From an uncultured Nitrososphaerota archaeon (GTDB lineage Archaea > Thermoproteota > Methanomethylicia > Culexarchaeales > Culexmicrobiaceae), in NCBI GenBank assembly GCA_964462875.1, contig CAYWZQ010000001.1:132910-196909 (forward strand): DNA of 64,000 nt. The letters run 5' to 3'. Shown piece after piece: positions 26,246 through 37,342 of this stretch. Each line of letters begins with the position of its first letter. Position 1 is the stretch's first letter. Made by a program: the position numbers and the translations under genes. The notes under the pieces are model-generated. The model was not told the origin of the DNA, did not search any database, and saw only the letters and a list, made by a program, of their open reading frames with translations.

Positions 26246-28202
26246 ACGGAGCCTCTATCCCCATTATATCAAGTATATTTCTTAAGGCAATTCTAACAGC
26301 ATTAACTAAATGTAACCTTGCATTCCTCAGGGATCGAGGCTCAGCTTTAAGCACTGGAATTGCATCATAAAATGAATTAAATGTTAAAGCCAATCTATAG
26401 GCATAGTCAGTTAATAGTTCAACGCGAAGCGTATCTGCAGCTTCAGCAATAACTTCCGGCAGCTTCGCCACCTGTAGAATCAAGCTCCTCTCAAGCTCAT
26501 GATTTAGAAGTTTAGTGTCATAGTCCCTCGGTAACTCTTCACCGAACTTAGCGAGAATATTGCATGCCCTTGCATGTGCATACTGAATGAAGGGTGCACT
26601 ATTCCTCTCAAAATCAAGAACTCTATCCCAAGTGAAAGTGATTTTCTTGGAGGGGGAAATTGATAGGAGGGCATATCTAACAGCACCAATACCAACAACC
26701 CTACTTATCCTATCAATAACATCGGGACTTAGATGAGGAGACCTCTTAATAACTTCCTCTCTCGCCCTCTCAATAGCCTCACTTAAAATTCTATCCAAAT
26801 CAATATATCTCCCACGCCTACTAGACATTCTAAATCCGGGCATGTGCACAAGCTCATATGCATAGTGCACCATATTTACTGCCAAATCCCTTCTCCCAAG
26901 CACAGCCAATGCAACTCTCAACTGAAGCTGAGGCAGTGATTGCTCTGCACCAATGACATGAATTACCTTATCCGCATGCTCGAACTGCCATAGAGTATAT
27001 GCAATATCCCTAGTTGTATAGAGAGTTCTACCATCAGACCTCACCAGCGTTAACTTTGGAATCTCATATTTAGGGTTCACGCCCAGCTCTGACTTCAAAT
27101 CAAGGGCCCTAGCCGCCTCATTAACCTCAAATATTAAGGCACCATTCTCATACTTGACAAATGGAGTTTTCTTTAAAGCTTCAAGAACAGCTTTAACTCT
27201 ACTACTCCATACAACTTCACTTTCCCAATCCCAGCTATCGTGATGGACATTCATTTTCTCGAGGGTATCTTTGAACCCCTCAATGCATTTCTCGCACATC
27301 TCCCTGACCACTTTAACGGCATCCTCATATCCTAATTCATATCGATAATCCAAGTCGATAATTGATTGCACTGGATTTTCATCAGAATTTATTTCAGCAA
27401 GTAGCTTATCAAATAAATCGGGATCCCTCTCCCTAAGCTCATTAGCTATGGAAATCCACTCACTAAGCTCACTATTCAACCTTGCAATTTCATCTTCAAA
27501 ACCACTATCCAGAGTCTTCAATTCCTCCAATCTCTTCTTCAACTTCCAAATTTCAACGATGCAATTCGTCATTGCATAAATTAATCCAATAAAGTGGTCG
27601 GGCTTCATATCAACCTTAAAGTCCCTAACCTTACTATAGCCATATGCGGCTATAGCCACTTGGAAGCCGACATCATCAATGTAGAAGTGCGTCTTAACCT
27701 CATGACCCCTAGCCCTGAGGAGTCTAGCCAGAGTATCACCTAGAACAGCATTTCTCGCAGCACCAATATGGAGTGGATGAATTGGATTAGCACTTGTATG
27801 CTCAACAATTATCTTCATCGGTCTATCAGCCTTAAGCTTACCATACTCCACATCTAAAAGCTCGACAGACCTAAAAACCTCAGATGCAAGCTCAGAGTAG
27901 TTTAAGTAGAAGTTAACATAGCCACCGCCAGCAACCTCAACTCTCTCAATAAACCTCCAAGACCTCTCACCTATGAGATCAACAATTTTACCTGCCAAAT
28001 CCAATGGATTAAAATCAATCTTCTTCGCTACCGAAAAACATGGAAATGCCAGCTCAGCCTTAATTGCTCTTGGAGGAGTCTCCAGCTCAACCTCGAAATC
28101 CCTCAATCCAATACTTTGAAGAGCAAACTTGACAGCATCCATGCATTCACGCCTAAACAAACCGTATGGATTTCTAGCCTGCAACACCTCTCCCTCACAC
28201 AA
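26235..28202 (-). CDS. argS: Arginyl-tRNA synthetase
   Basis: EHTSANPIHPLHIGAARN, RSDGRTLYTTRD, RMSSRRG and QYAHAR motifs. Confidence 0.97.
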   Translation of the reverse strand: MCEGEVLQARNPYGLFRRECMDAVKFALQSIGLRDFEVELETPPRAIKAELAFPCFSVAKKIDFNPLDLAGKIVDLIGERSWRFIERVEVAGGGYVNFYLNYSELASEVFRSVELLDVEYGKLKADRPMKIIVEHTSANPIHPLHIGAARNAVLGDTLARLLRARGHEVKTHFYIDDVGFQVAIAAYGYSKVRDFKVDMKPDHFIGLIYAMTNCIVEIWKLKKRLEELKTLDSGFEDEIARLNSELSEWISIANELRERDPDLFDKLLAEINSDENPVQSIIDLDYRYELGYEDAVKVVREMCEKCIEGFKDTLEKMNVHHDSWDWESEVVWSSRVKAVLEALKKTPFVKYENGALIFEVNEAARALDLKSELGVNPKYEIPKLTLVRSDGRTLYTTRDIAYTLWQFEHADKVIHVIGAEQSLPQLQLRVALAVLGRRDLAVNMVHYAYELVHMPGFRMSSRRGRYIDLDRILSEAIERAREEVIKRSPHLSPDVIDRISRVVGIGAVRYALLSISPSKKITFTWDRVLDFERNSAPFIQYAHARACNILAKFGEELPRDYDTKLLNHELERSLILQVAKLPEVIAEAADTLRVELLTDYAYRLALTFNSFYDAIPVLKAEPRSLRNARLHLVNAVRIALRNILDIMGIEAPSRM

Positions 28203-28348
28203 TACTCAGAACATTAAGGTGAAAAGAGCATTATATTATTAACTCAAGGGAACCGCTTAGAACAAGATTGTAGAGATTAAAGTTAATTAAAATTGGAATT
28301 CGGATCTAGAATTAAAGTGAAGATGGTAAATTAAGGGAGGCAGCCTTC

Positions 28349-28660
28349 TTGAGTCATAGGAATATTGTTAATGAAATTGCATCTAAAATGTTCATTACTG
28401 ATAGGCTGAGTCAAGATGAGCTGCGCAAACTACTCACTAAGTACTATGAGAAGCTTAAGAGCCCAGAGCTAGATCCAAATGAAACCTATACAGTTACAAT
28501 TGAAGTTTCAGAGTTTGAACTCCATGCACTTGAAGACCTAGCTCACACATACATTGAAGATGAAAATAAACACGAAATGCTTCTTCACGTCCTAAGATAT
28601 TTTTGGCAAAAACTAGTAGAGGCAGTATCACACCAGGAAAGTAGCTACTCTGAAGTTTAA
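28349..28660 (+). CDS. Hypothetical protein
   Basis: Intact ORF with SD GGAGG; no recognisable motif. Confidence 0.55.
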   Translation: MSHRNIVNEIASKMFITDRLSQDELRKLLTKYYEKLKSPELDPNETYTVTIEVSEFELHALEDLAHTYIEDENKHEMLLHVLRYFWQKLVEAVSHQESSYSEV

Positions 28661-28988
28661 AATCAATTGAAGAGTGCTCAAATCAACCAATCACATATCA
28701 ATCAGGACTAATCAGTTATTGAGAATAAGCCTTATAGGCTATGAAGCTGAGCTCTTACAAATTAATCGCTAAGTAAGCATGATGCAATTGATCTCACTAT
28801 TCACATAAAACTTCACCAATAATTAAGAGAACTACGTAATTACCCAATTGAGGAATAAGCTATAGAAAGCACAACATTAAATCTAGTACCCTATTTCCTC
28901 AAAATTACTGTAAAAGAATGAAATTTTTAACGAAATTTAGAGAAATTGTTGAATGAGTTTTAGTGCTTGCTAATTGTTTTCTATGGTT

Positions 28989-29093
28989 TGGCGGGCCCGC
29001 GGGGACTTGAACCCCGGACCTTCGGCTCCGCAGGCCGATTCGAGGTGAAGCCATTTGGCTTCACTCGCTCTATCCATGCTGAGCTACGGGCCC
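28989..29093 (-). tRNA. tRNA-Arg(GCG) with a 27-nt non-canonical intron (29039-29065, position ~26/27)
   Basis: Removing AGTGAAGCCAAATGGCTTCACCTCGAA gives a 78-nt cloverleaf with TCGGC-CTGCGGA-GCCGA and CCA. Confidence 0.93.
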
Positions 29094-29135
29094 ACTACTA
29101 CTTGAATAAACTTCGATATTAAGTTTAGTTGGATT

Positions 29136-30011
29136 TTAAGTAATATAGTAGCCGAGCTCTCTAGCTATCTTCTTCAATCTTTCAATTCTTTTTTCAACTG
29201 GTGGGTGGGTTGAGAATAGTTCTGAGAGAGCACCTGGCCTCAATGGATTAATTATCCATAAGTGGCTTGTTGCGGGGTTAACATTCATAGTCAGCCCCAC
29301 GTTTCTTGCTTCAGTTATCTTTTTAAGTGCACTTGCAAGCTCCAGGGGTTTTCTAGTGATTCTGGCACCAACTTCATCTGCTAGGTACTCTCTTGTTCTT
29401 GAAATTGCTGCTTGAATTATTAAGGCAGCTATTGGCGCTAATATTGCGGCTAGAAGGGCTGCAGCTGCCGATTCTCCACTTCTCCTTCTCTCACTGAAAC
29501 CACCGAAATACAGGCTCCACCTACCTATATATGCGAGATAGCTGATGGCACCGGCAATTGTTGCAGCTATGGTTGCTATCAACACATCCCTATTCTTTAT
29601 GTGGGCCACTTCATGTCCAATTACAGCCTCAATCTCCTCCTCGTCGAGCAGATTTAGAAGACCCTTAGTTACTGCAACAACGCTCTTGCCGGGTCCTCTA
29701 CCAGTAGCAAATGCATTGGGAGCAGTTGAATCTATAATAGCCACTCTAGGCTTCGGTATTCCCGCCCTATTAGCCACTCTTTCAACAATTCTGTGAATCC
29801 TTGGGCTCTCCCTTGGACTCACAATTCTAGCACCAGTCATTGCAAGCACCAGTCTATCGGAGTAGAAGTATGCTATGAAGTTGAATAGAAATGCCATCAT
29901 TAGTGCAGCCTCAATAGCCCCAATAGGATTTCCAATGTAAAGGCCAATTGCATAACCGACTAGTAGGAGTAGGGAGGTCAAGATTCCTAAGAGGACGGCA
30001 ACTTTCAACAT
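29136..30011 (-). CDS. htpX: HtpX membrane zinc metalloprotease
   Basis: PNAFATG, GHEVAH, SRTREYLAD and FSTHPPVEKRI motifs. Confidence 0.95.
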   Translation of the reverse strand: MLKVAVLLGILTSLLLLVGYAIGLYIGNPIGAIEAALMMAFLFNFIAYFYSDRLVLAMTGARIVSPRESPRIHRIVERVANRAGIPKPRVAIIDSTAPNAFATGRGPGKSVVAVTKGLLNLLDEEEIEAVIGHEVAHIKNRDVLIATIAATIAGAISYLAYIGRWSLYFGGFSERRRSGESAAAALLAAILAPIAALIIQAAISRTREYLADEVGARITRKPLELASALKKITEARNVGLTMNVNPATSHLWIINPLRPGALSELFSTHPPVEKRIERLKKIARELGYYIT

Positions 30012-30060
30012 GCCTTTTTTAGCCTCCTAGAAGGGAAAAGAAGAGAGTTGGTTTAAAAAC

Positions 30061-30762
<702 letters not shown>

Positions 30763-31863
30763 CTACTCCACCTTCCTGAATCTACCCTTCAACTTCTCCA
30801 GTACTTGAGGAAGCGTTGTGTACTCCATTTCTTCAGGTCCAAGTCTATGGGGCATGAATGGGCCGTGACGCCTCAAGTAATCCGTTACTTCTAATGCAAG
30901 CCTCCTAGACCAATCAAATGCCGGATCATCAAATAAGTCAGCCGGCCCCTCTAGATGACCGTCATTAAGCTGAAATCCCAGAGCAACAACTCTTGGTGGA
31001 CCATCAAATCTCGTGCACTTGGCATCTCTCAGGGAAACTGGCATTAGAGGTCCGTGATGAGAGCCCCTCATCCAGCCAGCAACCAAGTGTGGAAAAGCGA
31101 ATGCCTCTAAAATTTCACCAACAGCAGGCAGGCCTTTTTGCGCTCTAACAATGCATACTGGATCATCCTTACCAACATATCTACCAGCAATTAGCGATAG
31201 CCTCGTAGTGCTTGCAGCAGCTGCTGGTAGGCCGTCCTTCCTATAAACCTTCGATATCACATATCTGCTTGGAGTCCCTATTAGTGCTAGAAGATCGTAC
31301 ATTTCCTCTGGACATGAAAGCTCAACCTCTAAGCCCTTAAGCACGTCAAGCACCACGAATTTGAAGCCCTGATGGAGCCTTGGATCGATAACTAGGCCAG
31401 CAGTATTAAATGGGTCTGCAAAAACCTTGAACAATGGTAGGTTCCATGCGCCCGGCTCGGTCTTATCTGCTGCAAAAACGACTATTGGATCACTTGGCCG
31501 CTCCTCAAATTCAAGCTCAGCTACACCTGGACCCATACCCCTAATGTTTCCAGAAAAGGCTTCGGCTAGGAGATCTTGGCCAGCAGCATAGAGCTTAAGA
31601 GGCTTAGAAACCTTTTCAGTAACCTCCTTAAAGGTATCCCAGGCCAATCGATGAACCTCAGAGTTGTTTTCGCCCCTTCTATGAGTCATTAGCAACTCTA
31701 AGTCGTCGCCACAATTAAACACGTAGTAATCAATTATCAACCCATTTTCCACTGCCTCACTTAACTTCTTCTTAGCAACCTCTATCTGCTTTGGATGAAC
31801 AACATGGTGACCCGCCAAGCTCCCAACATCAGCCTTTATAATACTAACAGTAATCTTAGCCAC
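30763..31863 (-). CDS. fbp: Bifunctional fructose-1,6-bisphosphate aldolase/phosphatase (FBPase class V)
   Basis: IKADVG, GDD, GQDLL, DKTEPGAWN, YVGKDDP, GWMRGSH and EMEYTTLP motifs. Confidence 0.97.
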   Translation of the reverse strand: MAKITVSIIKADVGSLAGHHVVHPKQIEVAKKKLSEAVENGLIIDYYVFNCGDDLELLMTHRRGENNSEVHRLAWDTFKEVTEKVSKPLKLYAAGQDLLAEAFSGNIRGMGPGVAELEFEERPSDPIVVFAADKTEPGAWNLPLFKVFADPFNTAGLVIDPRLHQGFKFVVLDVLKGLEVELSCPEEMYDLLALIGTPSRYVISKVYRKDGLPAAAASTTRLSLIAGRYVGKDDPVCIVRAQKGLPAVGEILEAFAFPHLVAGWMRGSHHGPLMPVSLRDAKCTRFDGPPRVVALGFQLNDGHLEGPADLFDDPAFDWSRRLALEVTDYLRRHGPFMPHRLGPEEMEYTTLPQVLEKLKGRFRKVE

Positions 31864-31943
31864 ACAACTTCACCCCATTCACAAAGCATTATTTAGAGAC
31901 TGGTATTAAGTTGGGCTTACTAGCAAATATCATTTATTGTGCG

Positions 31944-33746
31944 CTACTTCTTTTCTGGAGCATAATAGTAGTATTCGCCAATGGACTTCTGCAATCTATC
32001 AAGCCAAGAATTAGGCTTATTTACCCTCGGCCTTCCAGTTTGGGGATCCCTCCTAAACGTTACGCCAACATCCTTCAAGAACATGTTCATTCCCCTCCTC
32101 AAGCTTAAAGGCTTAGAGGCATACCCCTCAATGCCGGGCTCTCCAAGAAAAACCATTAAGCTATCAGCTATCAAGCTCTGAGCAATTAAATCGTGCTCAA
32201 CAACAAAGGCAGCTGCAGCCTTGCTCTCAACAATCCTCTTTATAGTTCTAGAAACAGCAATTCTCTGCTCGACATCAAGATAGGCGCAGGGTTCATCAAT
32301 TAAATAAATATCTGCATCCATTGAGAGGCAAGCAGCTATGGCTACTCTCTGAAGCTCACCGCCACTAAGCTCATTAACGTTCCTGTCAAGCAGATCAGCC
32401 AAATCCAGTTGATTCAGTATCTCGGTCTTAAACCATGATGAGCCATAATTACTCCCCGAAGCCCTCTTCAATAAATCTTCAACCGTACCCCTATAGCTTG
32501 GAGTCAAGTATTGGGGCTTATAGCTCACCCTTAAACCAGTACAAGGAGGAAATCCCTCATCAGGCTCAAGTATTCCAGCTAAAAGCTTTACGAAAGTTGT
32601 TTTACCAATCCCATTAGGCCCCAAAATACCCACAACTTCACCAACATGTATTTCACCGGGCTCAACTACCAGCTCAAAATCACCAAGCCTCTTAACCAAC
32701 CTACCCCACTTCAACAATATGCTCTCAGGCTTCCACTCAATTTGACTTGGAGCAACATCAAATTTAACGGGCTCCCTTCTGAAAAGAACGTTTTCATCAG
32801 GAATATAGCCATCCAAATATATGTTTATCCCAACCCTAACGCCATGCACTTTGGAAACTATGCCATAAACCCCCGGCTTCCCATAGAAAATGCATACTTG
32901 ATCTGAAATATAATCCAAAACAGCTAAGTCATGCTCAACAACAATAACATAGCAATCCTTTCTAGCCAAAGACCTAATAACCCTCGCAACACGCATTCTC
33001 TGATATACATCCAAGTAGCTTGAGGGCTCGTCGAATAGGTAGACATCAGCATTTCTAGCAGCAACAGCAGCTATGGCTACTCTCTGAAGCTCACCGCCAC
33101 TAAGCACTCTTATATCCCTACTCCATATGGAGTCAAGTTCAAGCAAATCCCTAAGCTCATCAATTACACCCCTCTCATCAACCTTCTTCAGCAGGGAACC
33201 GACCTCACCCTTAACAACCTTAGGTATTCGATCAACATACTGCGGTTTATGGAAAATCCTCAACTTACCCTCAGAAAGCTTCTGGAAATATGGTTGAAGC
33301 TCCGAACCCCTAAAGTAGCGTATTATTTCACTCCAGCTCGGCGGATCATCCCATCTCCCCAAGTTAGGCCTTATTTCGCCAGCCAATATCTTGAGGGCAG
33401 TTGTCTTACCAACAGCATTTGGACCAATTAATCCAAGAACCAAGCCCAGCTTCGGAATTGGCAGCCTATAGAGCTTAAATGCATTCGGCCCATACCTATG
33501 AGAGCACTCCTCCTCCAATTCATCTGGCAAATTAACTATCCTAATAGCCTTAAACGGACACTTCTTAACACAAATACCGCAGCCAGAACACAAAAGCTCA
33601 GCTATGACTGGCTTCCCAGTAACCTCATTAAACTCTATAGTCTTATCTCCACTTCTAACTCTAGGACAAAATCTATAGCACTCCTTATTGCAGTCCTTAG
33701 GCTTACAGCGATCCAGGTCGAGTACAGCTATTCTAACCAAGACCAA
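31944..33746 (-). CDS. rli: Ribosome recycling ATPase ABCE1/Rli1
   Basis: N-terminal two-[4Fe-4S] Cys motifs, two NBDs with LSGGELQR, C-terminal FRRDPQTGRPRVNK. Confidence 0.97.
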   Translation of the reverse strand: MVLVRIAVLDLDRCKPKDCNKECYRFCPRVRSGDKTIEFNEVTGKPVIAELLCSGCGICVKKCPFKAIRIVNLPDELEEECSHRYGPNAFKLYRLPIPKLGLVLGLIGPNAVGKTTALKILAGEIRPNLGRWDDPPSWSEIIRYFRGSELQPYFQKLSEGKLRIFHKPQYVDRIPKVVKGEVGSLLKKVDERGVIDELRDLLELDSIWSRDIRVLSGGELQRVAIAAVAARNADVYLFDEPSSYLDVYQRMRVARVIRSLARKDCYVIVVEHDLAVLDYISDQVCIFYGKPGVYGIVSKVHGVRVGINIYLDGYIPDENVLFRREPVKFDVAPSQIEWKPESILLKWGRLVKRLGDFELVVEPGEIHVGEVVGILGPNGIGKTTFVKLLAGILEPDEGFPPCTGLRVSYKPQYLTPSYRGTVEDLLKRASGSNYGSSWFKTEILNQLDLADLLDRNVNELSGGELQRVAIAACLSMDADIYLIDEPCAYLDVEQRIAVSRTIKRIVESKAAAAFVVEHDLIAQSLIADSLMVFLGEPGIEGYASKPLSLRRGMNMFLKDVGVTFRRDPQTGRPRVNKPNSWLDRLQKSIGEYYYYAPEKK

Positions 33747-33787
33747 TCCTCCGCAAAGAATATCTTCCCGCTCAAACTATACTTCAC

Positions 33788-33851
33788 GGGAGATGATGTA
33801 AAGGCGACGGCGAGTACATGCAGGATGACTGATGCTGTGGAAGCTGATCCC
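33788..33851 (+). ncRNA. Candidate C/D-box sRNA antisense to the rli upstream region
   Basis: GGGA/TCCC terminal stem, C-like ATGATGT, D CTGA, internal GCGA and AGGATGA boxes. Confidence 0.45.
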
Positions 33852-33899
33852 ACCATCCAATAAGCTAAAGTTAACACAAAAATTTGAGAAGTTAAGAGA

Positions 33900-34214
33900 T
33901 TATGACTCACTTTCACTTTCCGACTCAGCATACGTCTCCAAGAATACCTTGTAATAATCCTCCATCAATTCCTGCTCTTCCTTAGTCCTCTTAATTGCCT
34001 TCATCTCCTCCTCACTAACAATAGTGATCTTCCTACGCTTATTCTCCTCAACGGAGTATGTCATCTTATATGAGGCTGTCGAGGTCAACTTCTTCACAGT
34101 ACCACAGCTCTTACAAACTAGAACCACTTCCCCTTCACGCCTTTCAGGTACAAGCATTCTACCGCACTTTTCACAGAACTCCAAGATTTTTCCTCCACTA
34201 ATACACAACATCAC
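33900..34214 (-). CDS. TFS/RpoM-like protein with N-terminal Zn ribbon only
   Basis: EFCEKCGRMLVP...LVCKSCG; the C-terminus is an acidic helix with no second Zn ribbon. Confidence 0.75.
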   Translation of the reverse strand: MMLCISGGKILEFCEKCGRMLVPERREGEVVLVCKSCGTVKKLTSTASYKMTYSVEENKRRKITIVSEEEMKAIKRTKEEQELMEDYYKVFLETYAESESESES

Positions 34215-34314
34215 AGGGGCTTCTGCCTTAGAGTCTCAACCAGCAATCAATATTTAAACTTAGCGTTAATGAAGATGGCGGGAACCTTTTAGTAATAGCT
34301 AGACAATTATTGAT

Positions 34315-35403
34315 TTGGGTAAAATAATGCCGGGCATACCGCTGGTATTTCCATTCTCCGCAATAGTAGATCAGGAGAGAATGAAGCTTGCACTAATACT
34401 CAACGCAATAAACCCTAGAATTGGGGGAGTACTAATTAGAGGAGCAAAGGGAACTGGCAAAAGCTCGGCTGTTAGGGCACTAGCAGACTTGCTACCAGAA
34501 ATTGAAGTTGTGAAGGGATGCCCATTCAACTGCAATCCAAGAGATCCAACAAACATGTGTGAAGTATGTAGAGCGAAGTATGAGGCTGGAGAAGAACTAC
34601 CGATCGAAAAAAGAAAAATGAGGATAGTAACACTACCAATTGGCGCAACTGAAGATAGGGTTGTCGGCACACTGGACATAACTAGGGCAATAAAGGAAGG
34701 CGTAAAAGCACTTGAACCCGGATTACTAGCCGAAGCAAACCAAAACATATTATATGTCGATGAAATAAACTTGCTCCCAGACCACATAGTAGATGACATA
34801 CTTGATGCAGCGGCTTCAGGATGGAACGTAGTTGAGAGGGAAGGCATATCGGTAGCGCATCCAGCAAGATTCATACTCATTGGAACCATGAACCCAGAGG
34901 AAGGGGAACTAAGACCACAGCTCCTAGATAGAATGGCACTGCATGTCCAAGTAGACACAATATATGATAAGAAGCTGAGAATAGAAATCATGAAAAGAAA
35001 TCTGGAGTTTGAGGAAGACCCAATTGGATTCAGAGCCAAATACGCGAAGGATCAGGAAGCCTTGAGAAACAGGATAATTAGGGCAAGGCAAATACTACCC
35101 AAAGTTAAAATTCCATCAGAACTACTAGAAGTAATTGCGCGAATGTGCATCATACTCCACGTTGACGGACATAGACCGGACATAGTAATGCTGAAAACAG
35201 CTAAGGCACTAGCAGCATTTGAGGGAAGAACTGAAGTAAAGCCAGAGGACATATTGACATGCGCACACTTAACGCTAAGCCATAGAACTAGGAGGGGAGG
35301 ATTAGAAGAACCAGCAACTCCAAATCAAATTGAGGAGGCATTTAAAGAAGCACTTGAAGAAGCATTGGGTATTAAACCACAAATTTCAGCTCCTCCGACG
35401 TAA
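34315..35403 (+). CDS. Mg-chelatase ChlI-like AAA+ ATPase
   Basis: [26 protein letters not shown] and [15 protein letters not shown] motifs. Confidence 0.9.
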   Translation: MGKIMPGIPLVFPFSAIVDQERMKLALILNAINPRIGGVLIRGAKGTGKSSAVRALADLLPEIEVVKGCPFNCNPRDPTNMCEVCRAKYEAGEELPIEKRKMRIVTLPIGATEDRVVGTLDITRAIKEGVKALEPGLLAEANQNILYVDEINLLPDHIVDDILDAAASGWNVVEREGISVAHPARFILIGTMNPEEGELRPQLLDRMALHVQVDTIYDKKLRIEIMKRNLEFEEDPIGFRAKYAKDQEALRNRIIRARQILPKVKIPSELLEVIARMCIILHVDGHRPDIVMLKTAKALAAFEGRTEVKPEDILTCAHLTLSHRTRRGGLEEPATPNQIEEAFKEALEEALGIKPQISAPPT

Positions 35404-36109
35404 CTTCAACTATTCTCCTAGGCTCTATTCTCTCGATAATACCATCCCTAATCCAGGCAATTCTATCACTAACATCCAGCATCTTCAAGTCGTGAGTAGC
35501 ACATAAAACTGTAACACCTCTCTCCAAGCACACGCTCTTCAATAGAGAAACTATTTTCAAACCAGTTTCCAAGTCGAGATTCCCAGTAGGCTCATCAGCC
35601 AACACTATTGAAGGATTATTTGCAAGAGCCCTAGCAATAGCAACCCTCTGCTGCTCACCGCCACTAAGCTGATCAGGCTTATGGTGAAGCCTATCACCCA
35701 ATCCAACACGCTCAAGCAAGGCTTTAGCCCTCTCAATTCGCTTTTCACGCGGAATATTTGCAAATAGCATGGGAAGCATCACATTATCGAGGGCATCTAG
35801 AAAGTCCACCAAATTAAATGTTTGAAGAATATAACCGACCTTAAAGCACCTAAACTCAGCTAATTCGGTGGGGGACATTTCACCCAAATTCCTACCATCA
35901 ACGTAAACTGCCCCCTTGGTTGGCCTATCAAGGCCGCCAATAATATTAAACAGAGTAGTCTTTCCACTCCCGCTTGGACCCATAATTGATAAATACTCGC
36001 CTCTCATCACCCTCAAATTGACCCCTTTAAGTGCATGAACAACCCAGTTCTTCATATAGTAGTATTTGTGTAGATCGACGACTTCAACCACGCAATCTGA
36101 ACTCGACAT
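35372..36109 (-). CDS. ABC transporter ATP-binding protein (LolD/MacB type)
   Basis: [24 protein letters not shown] and ADEPTGNLD motifs. Confidence 0.92.
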   Translation of the reverse strand: MSSSDCVVEVVDLHKYYYMKNWVVHALKGVNLRVMRGEYLSIMGPSGSGKTTLFNIIGGLDRPTKGAVYVDGRNLGEMSPTELAEFRCFKVGYILQTFNLVDFLDALDNVMLPMLFANIPREKRIERAKALLERVGLGDRLHHKPDQLSGGEQQRVAIARALANNPSIVLADEPTGNLDLETGLKIVSLLKSVCLERGVTVLCATHDLKMLDVSDRIAWIRDGIIERIEPRRIVEVTSEELKFVV

Positions 36110-36181
36110 ACTAATTTCAGTGATGGATAGTTAAAATATAAGTGTGACGTAAGAGCATAGCTTAATTGTGGTGCTAGAGCC

Positions 36182-36727
36182 TTGAAAGAATTTAACTTAC
36201 TAGTGGCAACTCAAAGAGGGAGAGAAGACGACTGCATGTCCGAGCTATGGTACCTCTTAAGGGAAATCGGGGATGAAAAAGCACTCTATGATAGGTCGGG
36301 TATACCCGGACTAGTAATAGTCAAGTCATCATTAAACCCCTTTGAGGTAATTAGAAGGCTCAGGGAATTAGCTGAAGAAAGGCCCTGGGAATTCAGATAT
36401 GTACTCAAGATCACGCCAATCGAAATTGTAGTTCCAACAGACTTGGAGAAAATAAAGGAGGCTGTCGCAGAGCTAGCAAGCAAAATATCTGAAAATGAGA
36501 CATTCAGAATTACCGTAAATAAGAGAGCCACAACCCTCAGTACTCGCGAAATAATTGAGACAGCGGCATCCGTTATAAATAGGAAAGTTGACTTGAAAAA
36601 TCCGGATAAAATAGTTCAAATTGAAGTATTGGGTGGAACAACTGGAATATCCATAATAAGGCAGGGCGACATACTCTCAATAGCGAAAATAAGAGAGCAA
36701 TTTCTAAGGAGAATGAGGGGCAGATAA
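36182..36727 (+). CDS. Stand-alone THUMP-domain protein (Tan1-like)
   Basis: ETFRITVNKR and KVDLKNPDKIVQIEV motifs. Confidence 0.85.
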   Translation: MKEFNLLVATQRGREDDCMSELWYLLREIGDEKALYDRSGIPGLVIVKSSLNPFEVIRRLRELAEERPWEFRYVLKITPIEIVVPTDLEKIKEAVAELASKISENETFRITVNKRATTLSTREIIETAASVINRKVDLKNPDKIVQIEVLGGTTGISIIRQGDILSIAKIREQFLRRMRGR

Positions 36728-36737
36728 TAGTTTAAGG

Positions 36738-37340
36738 CTACTTATAAATGTCCAGAAGAGCACCGCGCTCAATAACTAAGCGCTCAATGGCATCCCTCAA
36801 GCTCAAATCACGTCTCATGACAGCAGAGATCTCAATATCCGAAATTCCATAAGCCATTTTAATTAAATTCACCTTCTCATCATTCAATTCTAGAATGAGT
36901 CTATCCAATCTATACTTACCCAGTAACTTCACTAAACTCTTAATAGCATTCTCAGCATGCTCCCTAGAATCGCCAATTGATATGAGGAGCACCCTATCTA
37001 GGTTCCCCCTTACCCCAACAATTTTAATTGCATCCCTTATCTGCCTTTTACCAGACAAATAAAGCAGAAGCTCTATTCCAATCTTATTACATATATTTTG
37101 ACCGGTATGAAAAGCTCTCAACGCCTTTAAAGCTGCTGATAGAACATGCCTCACCGACACTATGTAGTTTGGATTAACAGCTTGAACTACAACGTTTAAT
37201 TGCTTCTCCACTCTCTCCATGGCATTGAAAAGCTCATCAACATTCAACCCAGCATCAACTATTAAGTCAGCTAGGCAAACATACTTGACTCCAAATACTC
37301 CAGACAGCTTTTCAATAATTAAATTAGAGTTCTCAGACAA
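36738..37340 (-). CDS. cgi121: KEOPS complex subunit Cgi121
   Basis: HVLSAALKALRAF and ELLLYLSGKRQIRDAIK motifs. Confidence 0.88.
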   Translation of the reverse strand: MSENSNLIIEKLSGVFGVKYVCLADLIVDAGLNVDELFNAMERVEKQLNVVVQAVNPNYIVSVRHVLSAALKALRAFHTGQNICNKIGIELLLYLSGKRQIRDAIKIVGVRGNLDRVLLISIGDSREHAENAIKSLVKLLGKYRLDRLILELNDEKVNLIKMAYGISDIEISAVMRRDLSLRDAIERLVIERGALLDIYK

Positions 37341-37342
37341 GA

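Noticed and set aside
28661..28988. AT-rich gap with scattered CAATTG and ATTGAG(G)AATAAGC words
   Set aside because: Irregular spacing and short matches expected in AT-rich DNA; no structure could be supported.
11890..29093. The two tRNA-Arg genes as attL/attR of one large integrated element
   Set aside because: Both are full tRNAs with different anticodons and T arms, in inverted orientation, and the interval contains core genes such as argS.
33728..33931. 67-aa ORF between the TFS-like gene and rli
   Set aside because: Overlaps both neighbours and has no recognisable motif; the region is better explained as UTR or sRNA.
34371..35039. Long antisense ORFs (also 21456-21911, 25705-26178, 56380-56829, 59683-60162)
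   Set aside because: Shadow frames of well-supported genes; Ser/Ile/Leu-rich with no motifs.
34315..35403. ChlI as evidence for chlorophyll synthesis
   Set aside because: ChlI-like AAA+ proteins are widespread in non-phototrophic archaea, and no other pathway genes are present in the window.
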